A stretch of DNA of 9,445 nt from Octopus sinensis (lineage: Eukaryota), in NCBI RefSeq assembly GCF_006345805.1, contig NW_021827906.1, positions 1 to 9,445 of the forward strand. Direction: 5' to 3'. This document shows, piece by piece, positions 1-8,793 of the stretch (its first letter is position 1; each line of letters begins with the position of its first letter). The notes under the pieces were generated by a model. It worked only from the letters and a program-made list of their open reading frames with translations. It made no database searches and was not told the origin of the DNA. Made by a program: the position numbers and the translations under genes.

Positions 1-292
1 GGCTTCGGTTGATCATGTCATTGACAGTTATTCAATACGTGTCTAAAGCATCGCAGCCTTTTGTTATCAGAACATTACGATGGCATCTATGAAATACTTC
101 ACTGCAGAAATAGGTGACGACTGAATGAGTTCGATACAGGGAATGAGGACCTAAGAAACGTTGGTGGAACTGGTTCACCTGCAAACTGTCCACATCCTTT
201 CACTTGGTACAATTGCAGAGAAGCTATCGGGGAAGGGATCAAATTGTCGAAGCCGTTTTGGTGTTTTGTTGCCTATTTCGACATCATTAAAT
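1..292 (-). mobile_element. Decayed RTE-type non-LTR retrotransposon (LINE) ORF2 C-terminal remnant
   Basis: Manual minus-strand translation across frameshifts gives collinear motifs WTVCR (192-178), NQFHQRFL (175-152), SEVFHRC (103-83) and KRLRCFRHVL (62-33). Order and spacing match the RTE-clade post-RT consensus WTxYR...LxxFHxRCLR...NxEVLxR...RLRWxGHVxR (116 nt from N to RLR here vs roughly 120 nt expected). Contains stops and frameshifts. Confidence 0.6.
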
Positions 293-607
293 AGCCCTCC
301 GTCGGTTACGACGAGGAGTGCTCCACTTGATCCGATCAACAGAACAGCCTAATCGTGAAATTAACGTGCAAGTTGGCTGAGTACTCCACAGGCTCGCGAA
401 TCGTTAACGTAGTCCTCAGGATTTGACACAGGATTTGACAAGACTGGCCCTTCGAAATGCAGGTACATATTTTTTCCAGCTGAGTGAACTGGAGCAACGT
501 AAAATAGATTGAGTTGCTCAAGGACAAAACACGGGATCAGGAATCGAAACCGTGACCCTACGATCACGGACCAAATGCCCTAACCACCTAAGTCACGCCC
601 CTTCACT
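293..607 (-). mobile_element. Near full-length tRNA-derived SINE (copy A) with 13-bp target-site duplication
   Basis: Minus strand has an A-box-like TGACTTAGGTGG (595-584) and B-box GGTTTCGATTCC (551-540), then a central TCCTTGAGCAA...GTTGCTCCAGTTCACTCAGCTG module and a 3' module shared with 8394-8425 (26/32 identity). Flanked by direct repeats GACATCATTAAAT (280-292) and GACATCATTTAAT (608-620), 12/13 identical. Confidence 0.85.
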
Positions 608-820
608 GACATCATTTAATCAATACATTAAAGAAAGAAAGAAGGTCCCCCATCTGCTGTACCCATTGAAACTATGAATTTGTTAAACGAATCCAGCATA
701 ATCTAAGTATTTCGCCGATGTCACAGGGACCCAATATGCTAATTCTGTTTACTAAAATAACGAATATGCTGTATACCGATGTTACGGTCGTCATATGTGT
801 GATCATTTATAGATAAAGAA

Positions 821-929
821 ATATATATATGTATGTATATAGATATATATATATATATTATTTGTGTGTGTGTGTATGTGTTGTGTATGTATATATATTA
901 TGTATCTGCATACATGTATATATAAATAA

Positions 930-969
<40 letters not shown>

Positions 970-978
970 TATATCTAT
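821..978. repeat. Compound (AT)n/(GT)n microsatellite
   Basis: Direct reading: interrupted AT runs with a GT tract around 865-890. Confidence 0.95.
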
Positions 979-1107
979 AAACAACCACTTCATCACATGG
1001 CAAAATCAAAATTGATTTCAAATATTGATGACCATCCCAACACTTTCAGACTATACATGAAACACTGACTAATAAATAAGACAAATTAGTCGCTTAATGA
1101 TGATCAT

Positions 1108-1125
1108 GAGGAGGAGGAGGAGGAG
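1108..1125 (+). repeat. (GAG)6 microsatellite
   Basis: Six perfect GAG units. Confidence 0.9.
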
Positions 1126-1221
1126 GAAATCAGACATCACACAGATTTGTTTTGTGCAACTTGTTTGGAAGAAAAACTCATCTCACAGATGACCATCATG
1201 CATACAATCCATACTTACCTG

Positions 1222-1294
1222 TACATACATACATACATACATACATATACATATATACATACATACATGCATTCGTACATATTTGTACATATGC

Positions 1295-1325
<31 letters not shown>

Positions 1326-1356
1326 TGTATGTATGTATGTATGTATGTATGTATGC
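1222..1356. repeat. Inverted (TACA)n/(TGTA)n microsatellite pair forming a fold-back
   Basis: A (TACA)n arm at ~1222-1268 faces a (TGTA)n arm at ~1297-1354 across a symmetric core at 1267-1296. Confidence 0.9.
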
Positions 1357-1465
1357 ATGTTGCCTTGGTTTCATTTGAGTAATCAATTCATATATAGGTT
1401 TGTATACATACACACAGGCACATATTAATTACACACTTCAGACGCTTTATCATGAAATTGGAATA

Positions 1466-1497
1466 TACACACACACATACATACATACATACATACA

Positions 1498-1530
<33 letters not shown>
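1466..1530. repeat. (AC)n(ATAC)n compound microsatellite
   Basis: Direct reading. Confidence 0.95.
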
Positions 1531-1779
1531 TGTGTCACTAATTAACGCATCTACCATTTTGTCTTGTGTTATTTTATGTTTTGCCCGCCATGTTTAAAAC
1601 TGGAATCATCCACCACCATCGTTTCCGTCACCATAGCTCCGCTATAGTCACCCTGTCACTGACACATGCATACACATGTGAATCGTCACACGCACACACA
1701 CTTTGACTCATTTTAACTGAAAGATTTCCAATTTATCTCACAGACTCAGTGAATATGTTACATTCTTATTTATATAAAC

Positions 1780-2056
1780 AGGCGCAGACGTGGCTGTATG
1801 CTAAGAAGCTTATTTCTCAACTATATGGTTCCAGGTTGAGTCCCATTACGTTGAACCTTTTGGCAGGTGTCTTCTACTACAGCCTCGGCCCGATCTCAGC
1901 CTTGAGAGTGGATTTGGTGAGCGGAAACTGAAAGAAACCCGTCATATATGCGTGTATATCTGTGTGTGTGTGTGTGTGTGAGTCAAGCATTTCAAAAATT
2001 AAGAACTGTGATACCCCAGCATGGCCGCAGTCTAATGACTGAAACAAGTAAAAGAT
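1780..2056 (+). mobile_element. tRNA-derived SINE (copy B): 5' half plus tail, 3' body missing or unalignable
   Basis: Head AGGCGCAGACGTGGCTGTATGCTAAG matches 5021-5046 at 23/26. B-box-like GGTTGAGTCCC at 1834-1844, internal (GT)n at ~1961-1980, and tail CCAGCATGGCCGCAGTCTAATGACT (2016-2040) matches 5240-5264 at 24/25. Resembles an abundant Octopus SINE (from recall, not searched). Confidence 0.85.
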
Positions 2057-2393
2057 GAAATATAGAGGATATGATGAGGGAGTAATTATTAGGCCTAAAT
2101 AGAGAGATAGAGACAGAGAGAGGTTGTGGCAAATGCCACGACCCGACACGGACATACAGACACACATACACACACACACACACCACAGGGTGGAGTCGAT
2201 AACATGGCATGCAGCATGACTTTTCCCAAGACTAATAATGTCGTCTGATGAAAATAGAAACCAGCGGAAAAAACGAAGAGAAAAGAAAAATCGTAAAATA
2301 TAAATTGCGGATGGAGTCGGAGTAGAGAAATATGGTTTGATCCGGGGATTTTGGCCGTGAATTCGACGTTATAAAGGGCAGACAACTGTTGTT

Positions 2394-2508
2394 GACATTC
2401 AGCAGGTGAACCACTTCAAGTGCATATAACTTCGATTTTGTGAGCAATTTATTAACAAAGCTTATGGATATCAATATAAGGTTGAATTACTGAAGTGAAC
2501 GTGTGTGG
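2394..2508 (+). mobile_element. Possible decayed RTE-type LINE ORF2 fragment (end of RT domain)
   Basis: DIQQVNHFKCI* (2394-2429), DINIRL (2467-2484) and ERVW (2497-2508) are collinear with the consensus xEQVxxFKYLG...EIxxRI...RVW. F-to-D spacing is 52 nt, about 17 codons. Frameshifted and short, so uncertain. Confidence 0.4.
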
Positions 2509-3095
2509 CTTTGGTGATAGTCTCTATATTAATTTCTGGTTAGGACTTCGTTATGCAATGATAATATATTCCCAAGTGTATTAGAGGCTTATAATACAGT
2601 CCTTCCTGTGTTAGCAGTGCGATTCAGTCACTTTTTAAAGTTATCGTTATAGATGTTCTATAGAAACTGGTGCCAGCACTGAAAGTTACGATGTTTCGTA
2701 TGCAAATGTGTCTATGTAAACAATGCGATCGAAGGGAGAAAATGAAGTTAATGGGTGTATATGCATATCTCAGGAATTCTTCAGCCTTCGTCTGCATCAC
2801 ATCCAACCCACAAACCTTCCACGAAATACGGTGTCCCTAAACAGTTGCCAGGAATATGCTTAATATGTAAAAATTGGTAAATCCAATTGTGTTACACCGC
2901 TAAATTTAGTGACTATTTAAGCAATGTGTTCGTGGGTGGTTAATGGGTTTGATGTGGTACTGATGAAGGAGCAAGAACTTCTGAAATATCCATATACATA
3001 AATTACCTATTTTTCTCTCTCGAATCACGTTGTTTACATAGACGTATTCGTATACGAAACATCGTAATTTTCAGGGTTGATGCTAATTGCAATAG

Positions 3096-3560
3096 AAAAT
3101 CCGTAGAGATAACTTAAAAAAACCTATGGTTCTATATGCATCTGAGAGTATAGGTACTTATGTGCGCCTATATGTGTATATTGTGTTCTATACGTAACTC
3201 TGAAGTACATGCAGTTGTTGAGTTGTTGTGGTTTGGGCATAACGAGATTATGTCACCCAACACTACCTGGAGGTCACCGTTATGTGTCACAAATGTAAAG
3301 GCCCTATATGTAGTTTCTTAAAGGGTTTACTACCAAGCCATGTAGCTGTAAGCAACCCTCCATCATTGAATATATGCCGAAGAGTTCGAACATTTTCTTA
3401 GAAGTATATCTACTTCTGTGAGCAAATGGCCTCCCCTGCCACTTATTCCAAGAAGTTTCTAGAGGGCGTCACAAGCGAAGGGCAACAGGTGTGTCGACCA
3501 AATAGAAAAGTACGGAGAGAAAAGGAGATCGAGGAAGCCAAAGACAGGGAGAGATGGTGA
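3096..3560 (+). mobile_element. Decayed RTE-type LINE ORF2 C-terminal remnant
   Basis: Collinear motifs PMVLYASES (3123-3149; cf. PxxLYGSETW), W...VTNVKAL (3268-3306; cf. WxDxVTNxEVL), FEHFLR (3385-3402; cf. FGHILR), and KKFLEGVTSEG...CRPNRK...EEAKDRERW (3450-3557; cf. ILEGxxxGxRxRGRPR...AxDRxxW). Multiple stops and frameshifts. Confidence 0.55.
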
Positions 3561-3800
3561 GGGTGACAGAGGTGGGAAGAGAAAATTACCATGGAATCTA
3601 AGCTTCGCAGCCAAAAAATCTCACTGTTCTTTTTTTGTGAAACTAGAATGGCTAATATTTTTGCAAGAATAATTTCTCTCTTTGATAAAAAGGTGACAAG
3701 GAACAATGAAATAAAATGAACCCACCACATGCTATGTACATATTACATAAACACCACAGGAAGTAAAGGTACGGCTGTGTTTCAGTACATGCGTGTATAC

Positions 3801-3863
3801 ATGTATGTATGTATGTATGTATGTATGTATGTATGTATGTATGTATGTATGTATGTATGTATG
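3801..3863. repeat. (ATGT)n microsatellite
   Basis: Perfect ATGT run. Confidence 0.95.
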
Positions 3864-4164
3864 CGTTTGCTTTTGTTAATTACCATTTTCGAGTTTCTCT
3901 TGACAGCATACCTGCTCAGTGGTGGCCAGTTTGTAATACAAAAAGTTATTTAATGAAACAAATAAATTATGGTCGTGTTGTTGGTTTTCGCCATCTTGTA
4001 CTCAATCATTCACCGTTTAAATTTCAAGGCCTTGTAGATTTTAATTAACTTGCATACAATAATCATCTATACGTACGGGTGCATATACGCGCAAGCGCAT
4101 GCATGTGTGTTAAGTTCGTTTTGTTCGTTTGTATATATATCGTTAAGTATTTCTGTATGTATGA

Positions 4165-4212
4165 GTGTGTGTGTATATATATATATATATATATCTATAT
4201 ATATAATAGAGA

Positions 4213-4268
<56 letters not shown>

Positions 4269-4345
4269 TAGATAGATAGATAGATAGATAGATAGAGACA
4301 TACATAAATATATACATAAAGATATAGATCGATATATACATATAT
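4165..4345. repeat. (AT)n followed by (AGAT)n compound microsatellite
   Basis: AT run at ~4172-4205, AGAT run at ~4216-4294 with one interruption, then degenerate AT. Confidence 0.95.
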
Positions 4346-4424
4346 ATTATAAGGTAGAAAATATTTTAGTGGGGAAACACATACTCTTCAATCCTTTAAA
4401 ACAAATCTGTTTCTTATCTATCTC

Positions 4425-4655
<231 letters not shown>

Positions 4656-5020
4656 TATTGTATGTAATTTCGAGGCGATGGCTTGATATCTTGCAAGTTT
4701 TATGTCTGTTTGTACCTCCACTAAGGACATTATCATTTGTCACACTTTCCACTACTTTTATACAAGTATCAGTCATTGTTTTTCAAAAGTTATAGACAAG
4801 GGGAAATTAGTTGCAATACTCTAGCGTCTTTTCCATGGGTGGAGTTAACAGCACTGATTTACTTCTCTTAGATCCACTAAACAATACGTGACCTGATTGA
4901 AAATTCAATAGCTTTCCCGATAATTCAAGATAAATGAATGGTATATTACATTCGTATGTGAGTCTTAGCAAATTAAGCTTATACAAACATGCATACACAC
5001 ATACATACATTCATACATAT

Positions 5021-5268
5021 AGGTGCAGGCGTGGCTGTATGGTAAGGCGTGTATGCGAGTGTGTGAGTGTGTGTCTTTGTGTCCGTTTGTCCCCAACTAC
5101 CGCTTGATAACCGGTGCTGGTGTGTTTATGACCCCCGTAACTTAACGGTTCGGCCTAAGATACCGATAGAGTAAGTACCAAACTTTAAAAATAAGTACCG
5201 GAGTCGATTCATTCGACTAAAATTGTTCGAGGCGGTGCTCCAGCGTGGCCGCAGTCTAATGACTTACA
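5021..5268 (+). mobile_element. SINE (copy C), same family as 1780-2056, with the B-box-containing 5' body deleted
   Basis: 26-nt head matches 1780-1805 and joins directly to GCGTGTAT (5047-5054, equal to 1950-1957). It then carries a 3' body (...AAGTACC...GGAGTCGAT...) and a tail matching 2016-2040. Possible ACATATA TSD (5015-5021 / 5271-5277), but it is low complexity. Confidence 0.85.
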
Positions 5269-5646
5269 AAACATATATGGCTACATTGCCTAATGTATTC
5301 GTTGCTAATTAAAGACACTAGGATATATGATTTGAAGGAAATTTGGCCGCTATTTCTTGCAGAGACTATGTTTTCGCTGGTCGGAAATAATCATGTCATT
5401 GTTGCCTTGTACGAATTCTAAGATCAGCTCTCGTCGAATCGATTTATAACGAAAGGAATTCCAGCCCCTATTCCATCGATTTATAAAGCAGGAATTACAT
5501 TGTTCAATATGTACCGTTTATTCAAGATATTCGGGTGTGATATGACTGTTTAATTCTAGAATATCAAGCGACCATCTAACAGCACCTTTGTTGAACAGCG
5601 AAACCTGCTGATATGATGACATCACCTTGTGAGGAAGTGAAGTGTT

Positions 5647-5667
5647 ACACACACACACACACACACA

Positions 5668-5707
<40 letters not shown>
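5647..5707. repeat. (AC)n(TC)n compound microsatellite
   Basis: Direct reading. Confidence 0.95.
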
Positions 5708-5709
<2 letters not shown>

Positions 5710-6651
5710 TACTTTCTAATTCTTTCCTTCAGTATAATAATTCATATAAAGGAGCGATGTTAGGTATGAGTTACCTAGGAAATGTGTGGGAAGGCGAAGA
5801 GTTTTGGTTACATACATATGTGTTCTTACAGCAGCATCATAATGATAATGATACGAAATACAGAAACATCGACAAAATAACATAAATGTCATAATGCATA
5901 CCCTCCCTCTGAGCACCTCACCCTCCCCGACTCTCTCCTGCCCCGTTCCTAACCACAAAAGGGCTTATTATATTACAATACACGCTTGACTTACTAATTA
6001 GTTAAACTATGTCTACCTGAAAAGGAGAGAGCTGATGTCATATTGTGAATGAATATACGGTAAGTTGTCACTCATTGAAGTCAGTGACCTCGTTTCCATT
6101 TCAAGCTTCAAGTATGTCATTCCACTTCGACTATCCTTTTCAGAAATGATTGAACATTACAACATCCCATTTATTCCTTTCTACCAGCATTACCGACGAC
6201 CAACATCAAAACCATTACAGTGTTCCTGTCTGTATAACATGAAAATAGCTAAAGAAAGCTAAGCCACCTCAATTTGGCGGCAAATTAATAAACTACAAGC
6301 AAGGTAATTTGTTAATGAATTCATTCAGCGACCAAGAATCAAAAATTCATTTCAACTATATGAGCCAGAGACGTAATAATACAGGAGAGTTTCGAGTAAA
6401 CTTCCTTGTTCTATTTAAATGGAGCAAATCGAAACAACCAGAAGGGCTCAATTCTTGCCTTGCTAGAAATGTGGAGATTATTCTCTCATTCACTGACCTA
6501 AAAGGAAGAAGAGATATGTGTATATTGTGGTAGTCCTAAATACAATTAGTCTATCAGATGGAGTGGTCATTGTTGGAATGCCTTTGAAAAATAGATACGT
6601 TCGATCATAATTCATCTGGCTCTAAGTAACAGTGGCATCAACATCAACAAG

Positions 6652-6786
6652 TGGTAGCAGCAGCAGCAGTAGTAGTAGTAGTAGTAGTAATAGTAGTAGT
6701 AGTAGTAGTAGTAGTAGTTGTAGTAGCAGCAGCAGCAGCAGCAGGGTCAACGGTAGTAGTTGTTGCTGTTGCTATTGTTGTTGTTA

Positions 6787-6846
<60 letters not shown>

Positions 6847-6872
6847 CATTATTATTATTATTATTATTATTT
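6652..6872. repeat. Compound trinucleotide array (AGC)n(AGT)n(AGC)n...(GTT)(ATT)n
   Basis: Direct reading. It explains the poly-S/V/A/I/L/Y ORFs in the track. Confidence 0.95.
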
Positions 6873-6972
6873 ACTTTTAATCTGCATGTTTTTTACAATC
6901 ACTTGCCGAGACACACACATTGTCCTGGGGCGAGTGAAGGTTAAAAAGATGTTGCAGTGTGACTGATAGATT

Positions 6973-6999
6973 GGGGAGGGGAAGTGGCAGGGGCAGGGG
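6973..6999 (+). other. Putative G-quadruplex motif
   Basis: GGGG-A-GGGG-AAGTGGCA-GGGG-CA-GGGG: four G4 runs with loops of 1, 8 and 2 nt. Confidence 0.6.
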
Positions 7000-7249
7000 C
7001 AGGAGCGAAATATCTTCATGTAATACAACACAGACATTTAAATGGATTGGATTTTTCTAAGGATGTAGACAGTATTTGTCACCACAATATTTTGGGATTT
7101 CTCTGAGACATGGTTCTCCTGGGATCTTGTCTAGATGTTTCTGACATCACTTTTTTTTTATCATACCTAGGAGATCCACAATAACAGGATCAATTCTTGT
7201 TTTAAGATGCTACATCTTTTGTATTTCAATTTCCAAGTCTTTATATTTA

Positions 7250-7305
7250 CTTTATTATTATCATTATTATTATTATTATTATATTATTATTATTATTATT
7301 TATTA

Positions 7306-7339
<34 letters not shown>

Positions 7340-7345
7340 CTATTA
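7250..7345. repeat. Interrupted (ATT)n microsatellite
   Basis: Direct reading. Confidence 0.95.
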
Positions 7346-7412
7346 TTCGCGCTGGTGGCAAAGAAAAGAAATCATCATCATTACTGTTTATTACAGTTAG
7401 TATCATGCCGTG

Positions 7413-7535
7413 GAGGTAGACTTTTCCTTTCATCCTTTTGGAGTCGATAAATCACGTACCAGTCAAATTCTGGGGTTCGATGTAATCAACTCATCCCATC
7501 CCCCAAATGACAGCCCTTATGGCAGAATTTGAAAC

Positions 7536-7536
<1 letters not shown>
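7413..7536 (+). mobile_element. 5'-truncated SINE fragment (copy E) ending in an (ATT)n tail
   Basis: GAGGTAGACTTTTCCTTTCATCCTTTTGGAGTCGATAAATCACGTACCAG...TGGGGTTCGATGTAATC...GAAACC is followed immediately by (ATT)n. It resembles the conserved Nin/Deu-type SINE core (GTCGAC...CCTTTCATCCTT...GGTCGATAAA...GTACCAG) from recall and shares the GTACC...GTCGAT submotif with copy C. No Pol III boxes remain. Confidence 0.7.
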
Positions 7537-7575
<39 letters not shown>

Positions 7576-7633
7576 GTTATTATTACTACTACTACTACTA
7601 CTACTAGTAGTAGTAGTAGTAGTAGTAGTAGTA
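7537..7633. repeat. (ATT)n(ACT)7(AGT)9 compound array containing a 44-bp perfect palindrome
   Basis: ACT x7 at 7585-7605 and AGT x9 at 7606-7632; 7584-7627 is self-complementary. Confidence 0.95.
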
Positions 7634-7794
7634 TGTTTTCCTGCTAACCACTCCGACCACACCCCCGGTTATGTCACGCCTTGTTTAAACTCATATATCA
7701 CTCTGCGATCTCTGACACGATTTTTTTATTTATTTATTGTGATTTGAAATGAATTGCCACTTCCTGTTGCGTTATTGTTGACTTTTTTTTATCT

Positions 7795-8171
7795 TTGTTG
7801 CCCGTTGTTGCTGTTGTTGTTGTATTTTGTTGTTGTTCTTGCTGTTGTCTCCGATACTGCAACAGAGGATGGAAGCGGATGGTGGATAATCGTGGTGTTG
7901 TTCTTGTGTTATAATGGCAGTGAATATTGCAGTAATTGTTACGTGATCAGTGGTGGTGGTCCTGTTGTGCAATGATGATGACCATGATGATGATGATGAT
8001 GATGGTGGAGGTGGTGGTGGTAGTGGTGGGGAGGTAGTAGTGGTGATGCAATCGTTAGAGGAAGCTGTGTAAAATGATAATTCTGATGCTATAGATGTGT
8101 TGCCAATGGTTACCTAGGTTTCAAAGCAACACAAGATCAAAATTTACACTACTAGTAGTAGTGGTGGTGGT

Positions 8172-8226
<55 letters not shown>

Positions 8227-8356
8227 AGCAGCAGCAGCAGCTGTTATAATGACATTGGAGTATCGTTTTAGTGGAGATTGCCATATATGGGTGTTGCCAA
8301 TTCCTATTACTTGTAATAGATGTTGTTGTCGTTGATTATGATGATGATATTGTTGT
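7795..8356. repeat. Degenerate trinucleotide low-complexity tract (GTT/GAT/GGT/AGT/AGC)
   Basis: Runs of GTT, GAT, GGT and a long AGT array (~8172-8225) separated by period-3 degenerate sequence. Confidence 0.85.
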
Positions 8357-8613
8357 TGTAGATCACTGGGGAGACCCAGCGTCACACAGAGTGTAACGAG
8401 GCTGACCCTTTGAAATACAGGTACAACAGTAACAGGAAGAAAGAATGAAAGTCGTGGTGAAAGAGTGCATCAGGGTTCGCCACCATCCCCTGCCGCGAGG
8501 AACTTTAGGTGCTTTCCCTCAATAAACACTCACTACACCCGAACTGGGAATTGAAACCGTGATCCTATGACCGCGACTCCGCTGCCCTAACCACTAGGCC
8601 ATTGCGCCTCCAC
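8357..8613 (-). mobile_element. tRNA-derived SINE (copy D), related to copy A, 3' end shortened
   Basis: Minus strand has a perfect A-box TGGCCTAGTGG (8601-8591) and B-box GGTTTCAATTCC (8558-8547). The head aligns with 540-607 and the 3' module 8394-8425 matches 436-467 at 26/32, but the central ~115 nt does not align with copy A. No TSD found. Confidence 0.85.
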
Positions 8614-8687
8614 TATATTATATATATTACACACACACACACACTTTAATATATATATATATGTGTATATATATATATATACATTTA

Positions 8688-8724
8688 TGGCTACACAATA
8701 GATTTATGTATTTATATATATATA

Positions 8725-8793
<69 letters not shown>

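Noticed and set aside
161-567. ORFs 161-352, 336-527 and 361-567, plus an apparent minus-strand exon 348-179 (AVLLIGSSGALLVVTD...) that superficially resembles a claudin-like segment
   Set aside because: They overlap SINE A and the RTE remnant; the apparent acceptor and the N-terminal half of the peptide are SINE sequence bounded by a TSD.
540-607. tRNA-like sequences at 540-607, 1780-1850 and 8545-8613
   Set aside because: A/B boxes are present, but there is no complete cloverleaf or acceptor stem and each continues into a SINE body; they are SINE heads, not tRNA genes.
1090-1220. Frame SLNDDHEEEEEEEIRHHTDLFCATCLEEKL, with an LFCxxC reminiscent of a B-box half-site
   Set aside because: Preceded by an in-frame stop, the AG has no polypyrimidine tract, there is no good donor before the microsatellite, and the other zinc ligands are absent.
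1213-1221. Perfect minus-strand donor CAG|GTAAGT
   Set aside because: The upstream sequence is pure (TGTA)n microsatellite with no acceptor; one 9-mer in about 19 kb of two-strand sequence is not enough evidence.
803-1597. ORFs rich in YI/HT/VCMY repeats
   Set aside because: These are translations of AT/ATGT/ATAC microsatellites. The same applies to ORFs at 3729-4048, 4347-4795, 5613-5885, 6632-6966, 7207-7419, 7529-7747 and 8152-8385.
5325-5600. Possible fragments of another short dispersed repeat (5329-5362 vs 5526-5562)
   Set aside because: The two segments align only weakly and my recollection of a matching family cannot be verified here.
6065-6533. ORFs 6065-6262 and 6309-6533 in the complex-sequence island
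   Set aside because: Short, starting at non-ATG codons, with no recognisable domain or consistent exon structure.
6652-8356. CRISPR-like or satellite-like regular arrays
   Set aside because: All periodicity is 2-4 nt; there are no constant-length repeats with unique spacers and no higher-order monomer.
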